A stretch of 64,000 nt of DNA, from the NCBI GenBank assembly GCA_965203805.1, contig OZ241917.1:1984001-2048000 (forward strand), in the 5' to 3' direction. Each line of letters starts with the position of its first letter. Position 1 is the first letter of the stretch. Under the pieces are notes generated by a model, which made no database searches, was not told where the DNA came from, and was given only the letters and a program-made list of their open reading frames with translations. The translations under genes were made by a program, and so were the position numbers. Positions 31,178 through 39,816 of the stretch are shown one piece after another. This stretch comes from Candidatus Latescibacterota bacterium. Lineage in GTDB: Bacteria; Latescibacterota; UBA2968; GCA-2709665.

Positions 31178-32038
31178 ATGTCCGAAAACGCAACCCGGCT
31201 CAAAGCCGTTCTGCTGGCGCTGGGCATACTTGTCGTCGGTGTGATTCTGGGCGCAACCACCCATCGCTGGCTTCCGCTTGTGGGCGATAAACAAGCGCAG
31301 AAACCCCCGGATCGCCCGCGCATTCCTCAATTGGGCGCTACGTCGGAACGCCTGTTGAAGCGATATTCCCGGCATCTGGATCTGACCGAAGCACAGCAGA
31401 CGGAGATCGATCAGATCCTGGACCATAGCCGGGAGCTGATGGTCGAGGTGCGGAAGAATATCGGTTCGAAGATCGAAACGGTGAGGCGGGACACGTGGGC
31501 CAGAATTCGCGACGTCCTCACACCGGGTCAGCAGGAGATGTTCGACGAGTTGACCAGCCCGGTTTCCCCGAATATTATCCTTCGGCAATTCAAGAGACGT
31601 CTCGGTCTCAACGAGGATCAGCAGGCGGAGATCTCGCGCATTCTCAAGACGAACTGGGCAGAAATGAGAAAAATGCGCCGGAAGATCCGGGAGAGATTGA
31701 AGAAAATTCATAAAGATTCGCGCACCGAACAACTCAACCTGCTCACACCTGAACAGAGGAAACGGGCCAAGGGCAGGTGGAACCCGGATCTATCGGGCGA
31801 GAAGCGTATGGAGATGGATCGCATCAGAAAAAAAAGCCGCGAGACAACGCGTCGGCTCTTTCAGGAACGCGACGAGCAGCTGGGTCTGGCGGTGCAGAAG
31901 ACGTGGCAGGAAATCAATACCCGCCTCGATTCGAGTCAGGTGGCGAAGTTCCATCGAATAACGGACGGAATCGAAAGGCGCATGAAGTGGGAGCGGCAGT
32001 TCCGGCGTAGACCGGGCGTCAGACCTTCCAGGTTCTGA
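31178..32038 (+). CDS. Membrane-anchored Spy/CpxP-like (LTxxQ) protein
   Basis: N-terminal TM; LDLTEAQQ, VLTPGQQ, LGLNEDQQ, LLTPEQ motifs. Confidence 0.75.
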   Translation: MSENATRLKAVLLALGILVVGVILGATTHRWLPLVGDKQAQKPPDRPRIPQLGATSERLLKRYSRHLDLTEAQQTEIDQILDHSRELMVEVRKNIGSKIETVRRDTWARIRDVLTPGQQEMFDELTSPVSPNIILRQFKRRLGLNEDQQAEISRILKTNWAEMRKMRRKIRERLKKIHKDSRTEQLNLLTPEQRKRAKGRWNPDLSGEKRMEMDRIRKKSRETTRRLFQERDEQLGLAVQKTWQEINTRLDSSQVAKFHRITDGIERRMKWERQFRRRPGVRPSRF

Positions 32039-32046
32039 AGGACGAG

Positions 32047-32075
32047 GGAACACTCTCAGTCCGTCATCTGTCTAT
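32047..32075 (+). promoter_or_regulatory. Second ECF-type promoter
   Basis: GGAAC-N18-GTCTAT upstream of the Spy-like gene at 32190. Confidence 0.55.
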
Positions 32076-32189
32076 AGCGTAGAGACCCTCGTAACGGACG
32101 GACTGCAGCCGGTCACAGCACGTTCCCGTCACCTGCGGGCAACCGCCCGCTGACACCTGACAGCCGGGGAAACCGAAAGGAGAATCATC

Positions 32190-32705
32190 ATGAAACGCGT
32201 CGCCATTCTTGCCGCCGTCGTCATTCCCATCCTTGTCATCGCCTGGGTGTTGCCCACAGATGCACATCGGGGCAAACGGGGCTGGAAAGGCCGAAAGGCG
32301 CCGATGGCAGCCCTGGAACTGTCAGCCGAACAGCAGGCCAGGTTGGAAAATCTCAAACTGGCGCGGGCCAAACAGATGGCTCAACTGCGTGCCGACCTGA
32401 AGGTGGCCAGACTGGACCTCCGGGCAGCGATGCGGAAAGACGAGCCCGACGCTGCAGCCGTCAAGACGAGTGTTGCAGCCGTAAACAGCGCTCGATCGCT
32501 GATTCTGGAGAGCCGCATCAACCACCGGCTCAAGGTCAACAGCGTCCTGACGCCGGAGCAGCGGACCAGGCTTCGTGAAATGCGAAGGGATCGACCCGGG
32601 AAGGGATGGGGCAAAATGTGGCGCAAGGGACGCTACCATAAGCGTTTTCGAGGAATGGGAGAAAAACGCCCCGACGGCGCCGACAGCCGCCCGTCTTCTA
32701 TCTGA
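32190..32705 (+). CDS. Spy/CpxP/ZraP-family periplasmic protein
   Basis: Signal peptide, LELSAEQQ...VLTPEQR; AAGGAG RBS. Confidence 0.88.
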   Translation: MKRVAILAAVVIPILVIAWVLPTDAHRGKRGWKGRKAPMAALELSAEQQARLENLKLARAKQMAQLRADLKVARLDLRAAMRKDEPDAAAVKTSVAAVNSARSLILESRINHRLKVNSVLTPEQRTRLREMRRDRPGKGWGKMWRKGRYHKRFRGMGEKRPDGADSRPSSI

Positions 32706-32736
32706 CCGGATCTGCCGGGATAGAAAGGTATTGGAG

Positions 32737-33789
32737 ATGTTGTTTCGCAGATTTGCCTTCACGTCCGTGGTTTTGTCGTTCACGCTCATCGGCTGCGGAA
32801 ACAGAATCCCCGTCGAGTCCCCCACCGGGGACGACTCCAATGAAAGCGCATCCCAGGCCTCAAAGGCGTCAACGGACGAGATCAGCGCCAAACTTGAAAA
32901 CGGAAGTTCCGGCAATTCCGGGTTCCGCCACCACGGAGGACGGAGATTATCCATTGACGCGCTTAGGGATTCCCTGGGCCTGAGCGACGAACAGGTTTCA
33001 GCACTCGAGGAGTTGAATGAATCCTACGCCGCGGACGTCAAGGCAGCGATCGAAAGTGCCAAAGCATCCGGCGACCGCACGGGGCTTCGGGCGAAGTTGC
33101 GGGAACTGAGAGAGGAACATGAGGACGATTTCAACGATGTCCTGACGGACGAGCAACAGATCCGTCTCGAGGAGATCAAGGCCAATGCGGCCGCCCGAAG
33201 GAAGGACCGGGGGTGGGAAAATTACATCGCCGCACTCACTGACTCCCTGGGCCTGAGCGACGAACAGGTCGCGGACCTCAATGAATTGCACGAAGACTAT
33301 CAGGCCGACGTCAATGCCGCCAGGGAAAACGCCGGGAAGTCGGGCGACCGTTCAGAGTTCCGCACCCGGCTGAAGGAATTGAGACTGGCATTCGAAGACA
33401 ACTTCAACGACGTCCTGACGGACGAGCAACAGATCCGTCTCGAGGAGATCAAGGCCAATGCGGCCGCCCGAAGGAAGGACCGGGGGTGGGAAAATTACAT
33501 CGCCACGCTCACTGACTCCCTGGGCCTGAGCGACGAACAGGTCGCGGACCTCGATGAATTGCACGAAGACTATCAGGCTGACGTCAAGGCCGCGATCGAC
33601 AGCGCTCAGGAATCGGGTGACCGTTCGGATCTCAGGGAGAAGCTGCAAGAACTGAGAAAGGATTTCGGGGAGGACTTCAACGCCGTCCTTACCGATGAAC
33701 AGAAGGAGAAGCTGGACGAGATGAAATCCGAGGGACGGAAACGTAAGGGCAAGGGACGCCGACACCGCCACAAAGGCAGAAAAGGTTAA
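32737..33789 (+). CDS. Lipoprotein with three tandem 91-aa Spy/CpxP-like repeats
   Basis: Lipobox LIGC; DSLGLSDEQV...VLTDEQ three times. Confidence 0.85.
   Translation: MLFRRFAFTSVVLSFTLIGCGNRIPVESPTGDDSNESASQASKASTDEISAKLENGSSGNSGFRHHGGRRLSIDALRDSLGLSDEQVSALEELNESYAADVKAAIESAKASGDRTGLRAKLRELREEHEDDFNDVLTDEQQIRLEEIKANAAARRKDRGWENYIAALTDSLGLSDEQVADLNELHEDYQADVNAARENAGKSGDRSEFRTRLKELRLAFEDNFNDVLTDEQQIRLEEIKANAAARRKDRGWENYIATLTDSLGLSDEQVADLDELHEDYQADVKAAIDSAQESGDRSDLREKLQELRKDFGEDFNAVLTDEQKEKLDEMKSEGRKRKGKGRRHRHKGRKG
32968..33720 (+). repeat. Intragenic 273-bp tandem repeat (~3 units)
   Basis: GA(T/C)TCCCTGGGCCTGAGCGACGAACAGGT starts at 32968, 33241 and 33514. Confidence 0.92.
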
Positions 33790-33803
33790 AGTTCCGATTC
33801 GCC

Positions 33804-33832
33804 TTGACAACTCGGGTGCGGGTGACTAACTT
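33804..33832 (+). promoter_or_regulatory. Sigma70 promoter of the valS leader
   Basis: TTGACA-N17-TAACTT. Confidence 0.75.
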
Positions 33833-33877
33833 TCTATGAATTCAAACCCTGAGATCTCTATCATTCAGACGAAACCC

Positions 33878-34003
33878 ATGATCACCATCGGCCACAGACC
33901 CCAGAATCTCACGTTGCGGGTCAACGTAAATGTCGGCGTACGCCCGGTAGTAAATGTCAATTCGGGCGATAGTCAGGGGACTCCGTGGCGGTGTTTGAAT
34001 TAG
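33878..34003 (+). CDS. valS attenuator leader peptide (41 aa, Val/Asn-rich)
   Basis: MITIGHRPQNLTLRVNVNVGVRPVVNVNSGDSQGTPWRCLN*; 7 Val in 13 codons. In-frame ATG also at 33836; start uncertain and RBS weak. Confidence 0.75.
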   Translation: MITIGHRPQNLTLRVNVNVGVRPVVNVNSGDSQGTPWRCLN

Positions 34004-34025
34004 CAGCTTGGACAAGAACACCAGC

Positions 34026-34063
34026 AACCCGCCATCGAGTCCACTCGGTGGCGGGTTTTTTTT
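34026..34063 (+). terminator. valS attenuator terminator
   Basis: AACCCGCCATCGAG-TCCA-CTCGGTGGCGGGTT with an 8-T run at 34056-34063. Confidence 0.9.
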
Positions 34064-34487
34064 ATATGAATATCGAGGATTCCTGATGTCGCATCGACCA
34101 CACACATCGCGTTGCCTTTCCAGGCTCCCGGGCTATTCTCCGTACAGCGAACGGTCGGCAGCCACTATTGTCGAAAAACGTTCAGGCGCGATGCTGCGGG
34201 GGATTACGGTCGGCGACCAGTGGGTCGCCGGATTTCAGGTTCCCGGACGGGAAGGAAGCGCTCGATTGTGTGACGGAATTACTACCGAAGTTAGCCTCCG
34301 GGAGGACAGACAGGCCGATATCCTGGCCGCCGCAGATGTACAGCAGGATTGGCCGCGGCAGTTATGATTTGCCGGATGTGGGCCGTTACTTCGAGGTCCT
34401 CGAACTCACCGTCTTCGACGATTGGAGATTCCAGGGTACGGAATTTCCGGATTCGCATAATGGACAATACCTCCCGGGAGAATCAAA

Positions 34488-36932
34488 ATGGCATTATCCA
34501 AACAGTATCGTCCACAGGAAACAGAGCCTCGCCTTCAGGCGCGCTGGCGGCTCGCGAGTATCTACAAATTTGAGAGACAGGCCACGGGCCCTGTGTACGC
34601 AATCGACACCCCGCCTGCGACCGTGTCCGGAAAACTCCACATGGGCCACGTCTATTCCTACAGTCATGCTGATTTCATGGCGCGCTTCTGGAGAATGAAC
34701 GGCCAACGGGTGTTTTATCCTATGGGATATGACGACAACGGTTTACCCACCGAACGGTTGGTGGAAAAACTGTTGGGAATCCGCGCAAACGAAATTGGCC
34801 GCGAGGAATTCATAAATCAATGCTTGCGCGTCAGCTTGGCCACAGAAAGAGAATACGAGAGTCTCTGGATTCGGCTGGGGCTGTCGGTCGACTGGTCGCA
34901 TACCTACCGCACTATCGGTCGCGCCGCCCGGCGAATTGCGCAGAAATCATTCATCGACCTTTTCGAAAAAGGGCTCGCGTATCGTAAGAAAGCGCCTGCG
35001 GTCTGGTGCCCGGAATGCCAGACCGCCATCGCCCAAGCCGAACTGGACGAAGCGGATCGGATGGGCGAATTGGTCACAATAGACTTCCGCCTCGCGGACG
35101 GAAATCCAATACCGATCGCCACAACCCGGCCGGAGCTTCTAGCGGCGTGCGTAGCAATCTTCGTCCATCCCAGTGACGACCGCTACAGTTCGTTTATCGG
35201 CCACGACGTTACCGTACCACTTTATGGACGCGAGGTTTCGATATTGCAGGACAAGGGGGCGGATCCCGAAATGGGTACAGGGGCTGTGATGTGCTGCACC
35301 TTCGGCGACGCCGCTGACGTGGCATGGTGGCATTCTCATCACCTGCCGCTTGTCTCCGTTATCGACGGAAACGGCCGGTTGAACCGTGGATCCGGCGATC
35401 TCAACGGCCTTTCCGTACCAGAAGCCAGGCGACATATCGTAAGGACGCTTGATGATCGCGGTCTGATCCGGGATCGACGGCCCTTTCCACAATCAGTTCG
35501 GATCCACGAACGCTGTGACACGCCAGTGGAATTCATCGTCGCCCCTCAGTGGTTCATTAACATCCTCGACTTCAAGGACCGCTGGCTTAGCGCAGGCGAA
35601 GAAATATCGTGGCATCCCCCGCATTTGAAAACCCGCTACATTGAATGGATCGAAAACCTGCATTGGGACTGGTGCATCTCGCGACAGCGCAACTTTGGCG
35701 TACCGTTTCCGATCTGGTACTGCAAAGCTTGCGGAGACGTCAAAGTTGCCCCCGAACAGAAACTGCCCATAGACCCCCTCCAATCGTCCCCAGATGTGAA
35801 TTGCAATTGCGGCGCCGACGATTGGGTCGCGGAAACAGACGTTATGGATACCTGGGCTACGTCGTCGCTCAGTCCTCAAATCGCCGCTCGGTGGCAATCG
35901 AATAATGAGCTTTATGGTAACGTCTACCCAATGTCCATGCGCCCGCAGTCACATGAGATCATCCGGACGTGGGCCTTCTACACGATTGTCAGATCCCACT
36001 ATCATTGCGGTCGAGTACCTTGGAATGACGTATGCGTATCCGGTTGGGGCCTGGCTCCTGACGGTGCGGGGAAAATCAGCAAGAGCAGAGGCGGTGGACC
36101 GACGGCACCCATGGCCGCAATCAGGAAGTACTCGGCAGACGCAGTTCGATATTGGGCGGCCGGAACGGGTTTTGGAAAAGACACAGTCATTAGCGAAGAA
36201 AGAATCCAGGCCGGCGGCAAACTGATCAACAAGCTCTGGAACGTCGCCCGCTTCAGCGAACGCTTCCTTCAGGGATATCGCGATTCAATTGAACCATCAA
36301 CCCTGACCCCAGCGGACCGCTGGATTCTGGCGCGGGCACAACGCGTAATCAAACAGACAACTTGCTCTTTCCGAAACTACCAGTACGCGCAGGCAAGGCA
36401 TGCAGTCGAAATCTTCTTTTGGCGAGACGTGGCTGACAACTACCTGGAAATGGCCAAACAACGCCTTTATGCAGACGCCGAGGGCGCAGCAAGCGGCGCG
36501 AAATATGCACTATGTCACGTGCTTCGAACCTGCGTTCACCTCTTTGCGCCGTTTCTGCCCCACGTAACCGACGAGATCTACGCCGGGCTATTCGCAAAGC
36601 GTGGAGAATCCATCCACACCTCAACCTGGCCCTCGGTGGATGTGCGACTGGTGGACGATGTCGCGGAGGCGCACGGAAACCGACTGGTTGAGATTGCCAC
36701 TGCCGTTCGCAGATTCAAGAGCGAATCCAACCTCCCGCTCAGTGCGCCCGTGCATCTGTTACAGCTTTCAGTCAAGGATCATGCGCTCTCAATGTCGCTG
36801 AAGGAGGCTGAAGCCGATATGACCAGTATTACACGCGCTGACAAGCTTGACGTCCGGCTGAATCACCCTGTCGACGCCGGCCTTCGAGGCGTGCTCGAGA
36901 GCGATGCTGTATACGCGGCGGTTGACGTCTAA
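34488..36932 (+). CDS. valS: Valine--tRNA ligase, archaeal-type (short, no C-terminal coiled coil)
   Basis: IDTPPATVSGKLHMGH, YDDNGLPTER, ATTRPELL, GTGAVMCCTFGD, DWCISRQR, DVMDTWATSS, KISKS; 814 aa. Confidence 0.95.
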   Translation: MALSKQYRPQETEPRLQARWRLASIYKFERQATGPVYAIDTPPATVSGKLHMGHVYSYSHADFMARFWRMNGQRVFYPMGYDDNGLPTERLVEKLLGIRANEIGREEFINQCLRVSLATEREYESLWIRLGLSVDWSHTYRTIGRAARRIAQKSFIDLFEKGLAYRKKAPAVWCPECQTAIAQAELDEADRMGELVTIDFRLADGNPIPIATTRPELLAACVAIFVHPSDDRYSSFIGHDVTVPLYGREVSILQDKGADPEMGTGAVMCCTFGDAADVAWWHSHHLPLVSVIDGNGRLNRGSGDLNGLSVPEARRHIVRTLDDRGLIRDRRPFPQSVRIHERCDTPVEFIVAPQWFINILDFKDRWLSAGEEISWHPPHLKTRYIEWIENLHWDWCISRQRNFGVPFPIWYCKACGDVKVAPEQKLPIDPLQSSPDVNCNCGADDWVAETDVMDTWATSSLSPQIAARWQSNNELYGNVYPMSMRPQSHEIIRTWAFYTIVRSHYHCGRVPWNDVCVSGWGLAPDGAGKISKSRGGGPTAPMAAIRKYSADAVRYWAAGTGFGKDTVISEERIQAGGKLINKLWNVARFSERFLQGYRDSIEPSTLTPADRWILARAQRVIKQTTCSFRNYQYAQARHAVEIFFWRDVADNYLEMAKQRLYADAEGAASGAKYALCHVLRTCVHLFAPFLPHVTDEIYAGLFAKRGESIHTSTWPSVDVRLVDDVAEAHGNRLVEIATAVRRFKSESNLPLSAPVHLLQLSVKDHALSMSLKEAEADMTSITRADKLDVRLNHPVDAGLRGVLESDAVYAAVDV

Positions 36933-37038
36933 CGGGATCCTCAGTCGTCATCTATGGTGTGTGCCGATTTGATCTAAAAACCGTTTAAGTATCAGACCCT
37001 TTGGTGATTTTTACAGAGTGAGCCTGGAGACCTGACCA

Positions 37039-37179
37039 ATGACGACGCGTTGTTCCATCTACCACATCAATACCTCACTGAAGTCACCCGGAACAGCCGT
37101 GTGCCTGGACGTCAATCCCTACAACGATAATAACAACCATAACCCTATCCAACGGCGGGCAGGCCCAAATGGCAGCTAA
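37039..37179 (+). CDS. aspS attenuator leader peptide (46 aa, Asn/Asp-rich)
   Basis: GGAGA RBS 8 nt upstream; MTTRCSIYHINTSLKSPGTAVCLDVNPYNDNNNHNPIQRRAGPNGS*. Confidence 0.8.
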   Translation: MTTRCSIYHINTSLKSPGTAVCLDVNPYNDNNNHNPIQRRAGPNGS

Positions 37180-37196
37180 ATGTTCACCATGAAGAG

Positions 37197-37232
37197 AACC
37201 CGCCGTGGGTCGCACACCAACGGCGGGTTTTT
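37197..37232 (+). terminator. aspS attenuator terminator
   Basis: AACCCGCCGTGGGT-CGCAC-ACCAACGGCGGGTT then TTT (5-T run in total). Confidence 0.85.
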
Positions 37233-37274
37233 CATGATCGAAAACTCAGACCGTCAAAACAGGAGATTTATCCA

Positions 37275-38594
37275 ATGACCTACGTTTCAATACCCCGGCT
37301 CAGTGATCATGTGGGGCAGATCGTCACACTCTGTGGATGGATACACACCCTTCGAGACCAGAAACAAATGCAATTCATCGTTCTCCGCAATCCCACCGGA
37401 ATGGTCCAGGCCGCCGTTGAGAAACAATCGAATCCCGGCCTGGCAAGAATGGTTTCCACCCTCACACGGGAGTCCGCTGTTCGCCTCACCGGCCGTGTCG
37501 TGCCAAACCCGAACGTCCGCCTTGGCGGCATCGAAATCCACCTGGAGGGGCTCCGCATCGAAAACAGGGCGGAATCGCCTCTGCCGATCGAACCATTTGG
37601 CGAAGTGAGACCTGGATTGGAACGGAGGCTTGACTGGCGGCATCTGGACCTGCGACGCCCAGCGAACCATCTGCTTTTCCAGGTACAGACCACCATCGAA
37701 GCCGCAATGCGAAACTTCTGGCGACGCGAGGGATTCATCGAAATTCATACCCCGAAGATTATGGGCAGCGCAAGTGAATCCGGTGCCGAACTCTTTGAAC
37801 TCCCGTATTTCGACGCCACGGCCTACCTCGCTCAGTCGCCCCAGTTCTACAAGCAGATGGCCATGGCAGCAGGCTTCGAACGAGTCTTTGAAATTGGCCC
37901 CGTTTTCAGGGCGAACCCCTCGTTCACTTCGCGTCACGACACCGAGTTCACCAGCGTAGACGTTGAACTCGCATGGATCGAATCGCACGATGACCTCATG
38001 CACTTTGAAGAACTTTGGCTCTGCCATACTCTGCTCGCCGTGCAGGAATCACACGGCGAAGCAATTTTCAAGCGTTTTGGCACTGAAGTTTGCGTTCCTG
38101 ACCGTCCCTTTCCACGCATCACCATGGAAGACGCTGTCGCACGGCTCGCGGAACTGGGGTACACACCCCCACCACAAAAACAGGGCGACCTTTGCCCACA
38201 GGGAGAGCGCCTGCTTGGCGAATACATCCGGGAAACTTACGGCCACGAGTTCGTTTTCCTGACCGATTATCCTGTTTCCGTCCGCCCTTTTTATCACATG
38301 CGGTACCCTGATAACCCGATCGTCACCAAGAGCTTCGACCTTTTATGGAAAGGCCTGGAACTGACCACAGGCGCGCAACGCGAACACCGACCAGCCGTAC
38401 TGACCGACCAGGCGAAAGAAAAGCGGCTCAAGTTAGAACCCCTACGGTTCTACCTGGACTTTTTCAAATACGGGTGTCCACCACACGGCGGCTTCGGTTT
38501 CGGCCTGACCCGAATGCTCATGATTCTACTTGGATGCAAGAACGTACGGGAAGTCACGTTTGTCTATCGCGGCCCAAAGAGAATCTACCCGTAG
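37275..38594 (+). CDS. aspS: Aspartate--tRNA(Asp/Asn) ligase, archaeal-type, probably non-discriminating
   Basis: 439 aa with no GAD insertion; GWIHTLRD, RLDWRHLDLR, SESGAELF, YLAQSPQFYKQ, FRAN.S.T.RHDTEF, GAQREH, PPHGGFGFGL.R. Confidence 0.92.
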   Translation: MTYVSIPRLSDHVGQIVTLCGWIHTLRDQKQMQFIVLRNPTGMVQAAVEKQSNPGLARMVSTLTRESAVRLTGRVVPNPNVRLGGIEIHLEGLRIENRAESPLPIEPFGEVRPGLERRLDWRHLDLRRPANHLLFQVQTTIEAAMRNFWRREGFIEIHTPKIMGSASESGAELFELPYFDATAYLAQSPQFYKQMAMAAGFERVFEIGPVFRANPSFTSRHDTEFTSVDVELAWIESHDDLMHFEELWLCHTLLAVQESHGEAIFKRFGTEVCVPDRPFPRITMEDAVARLAELGYTPPPQKQGDLCPQGERLLGEYIRETYGHEFVFLTDYPVSVRPFYHMRYPDNPIVTKSFDLLWKGLELTTGAQREHRPAVLTDQAKEKRLKLEPLRFYLDFFKYGCPPHGGFGFGLTRMLMILLGCKNVREVTFVYRGPKRIYP

Positions 38595-38630
38595 GGCGCC
38601 AATTACAGAATCCGCAGGACCGACAAACAA

Positions 38631-38659
38631 GCGCCGGAGCGATGTTCCCGCTCCGGCGC
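38631..38659. terminator. Hairpin terminator between convergent aspS and lipoprotein genes
   Basis: GCGCCGGAGCG-7 nt-CGCTCCGGCGC; TTGTTTGT follows on the minus strand. Confidence 0.6.
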
Positions 38660-38841
38660 CTGTCTTCGCGGTCCATGGGCAGTATCTCCCGGTCCTTTCT
38701 TTCGAATCCGGATCAGGAAAGCACCTTTCCAACGTACCGCAGATTGTCGTTTGTTCGCGCTTCAGTTATTGTCTGACGCACGTTTTTCACGTAGGCCCGG
38801 TTGTCGACGATCCGAACCCGTGAGTCGCCCGGCTGCGTGGG

Positions 38842-39816
38842 CTAGCGGGCTTCGAAAAAGAACCGGATTGTATCCCCCTCTCTTAAAATAGCATCGAAGA
38901 ACTCCTGATCCTCCTCGTTCAGTTCTCCCGCCGCCTGAAGCACAATCCGCATGTATTGTTCCCTGGAGAGCGTGAGCGTAAATTTGTCGCCGTCCACTTC
39001 GAAGGACGACTCCATGATGAGACCGTCACTCTCCACGATGGTGAGGGTATTGCCGCTGAGCGTCCAGGTCCCCAAATCGGACCAGGCGCCCGAACTGTCC
39101 TGGTCCTCAAACGTACCGTCAGGATGGAAACGCCGGATCGGCGACAAGACGCTGTCGCGTAGACTGGTCTCCAGATCAGCCGTGAATTCCGAGACAATCA
39201 GTGCGGCGGTGGCGCTATCCACCACGCCTTCCTGCAGGATGGCGGCAATCAGATTCCGGCTTATCGTCTCAACCATATCCGTACCAACGTACGCCCACGA
39301 TCCGACAAATGCCGGTGTTGAAAGCGGGGACGAACCGATCACGCGCGCCTTCCCGCCAACGGGAAGTTCTGCCGCCACCTGGTAACCGCCATTTACCGGA
39401 ATGCTCGACCAGGAGCCCAGAACCGATCCATCCTGGATCACGCGCGCGCTGTAGTAGCCGTTCACGTTGCCGGACACGATTTCGATGCGGGCCTCGCCCT
39501 GAGCATCGGTTGTGCCCGACCAGGCAAAACTTGGCGGGCGGCCCGAAATCGAACGCGATAGCTCCACGGTGACGCCACTCATCGGCGCCCCGTCCTTCAG
39601 CACGGCGGCAACGAGAACGGCCTGACTCTTCGTCCCGCCAACCGCCAGTTTACCCAGCGGCTGTCCTGCGTGCAACTGCCGGGTCGCAGTGTCGCCCCCA
39701 TCAGACAGCGGGTCCGGTTCAGGCGCCATGAAAGTAGTTACGCGATCGCCCCCGCAGCCGGATATCACGGCCGCGGCAATCAACAGACATGACACGCTTC
39801 GAATTGCGCCAGGCAT
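38842..39816 (-). CDS. Lipoprotein: shared N-terminal beta-domain + lipocalin-like C-terminal domain
   Basis: ISGC lipobox; shared module; then FVGSWAYVG...GTWTLSGNTLTI; AAGGAGG RBS. Confidence 0.75.
   Translation of the reverse strand: MPGAIRSVSCLLIAAAVISGCGGDRVTTFMAPEPDPLSDGGDTATRQLHAGQPLGKLAVGGTKSQAVLVAAVLKDGAPMSGVTVELSRSISGRPPSFAWSGTTDAQGEARIEIVSGNVNGYYSARVIQDGSVLGSWSSIPVNGGYQVAAELPVGGKARVIGSSPLSTPAFVGSWAYVGTDMVETISRNLIAAILQEGVVDSATAALIVSEFTADLETSLRDSVLSPIRRFHPDGTFEDQDSSGAWSDLGTWTLSGNTLTIVESDGLIMESSFEVDGDKFTLTLSREQYMRIVLQAAGELNEEDQEFFDAILREGDTIRFFFEAR

Noticed and set aside
32968-33720. CRISPR-like periodicity
   Set aside because: In-frame 273-bp coding repeat with no unique spacers and no cas genes
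33840-34063. T-box riboswitch upstream of valS (and aspS)
   Set aside because: No T-box UGGNACC antiterminator bulge or stem-I motifs were found; cognate-codon-rich ORFs explain the leaders better
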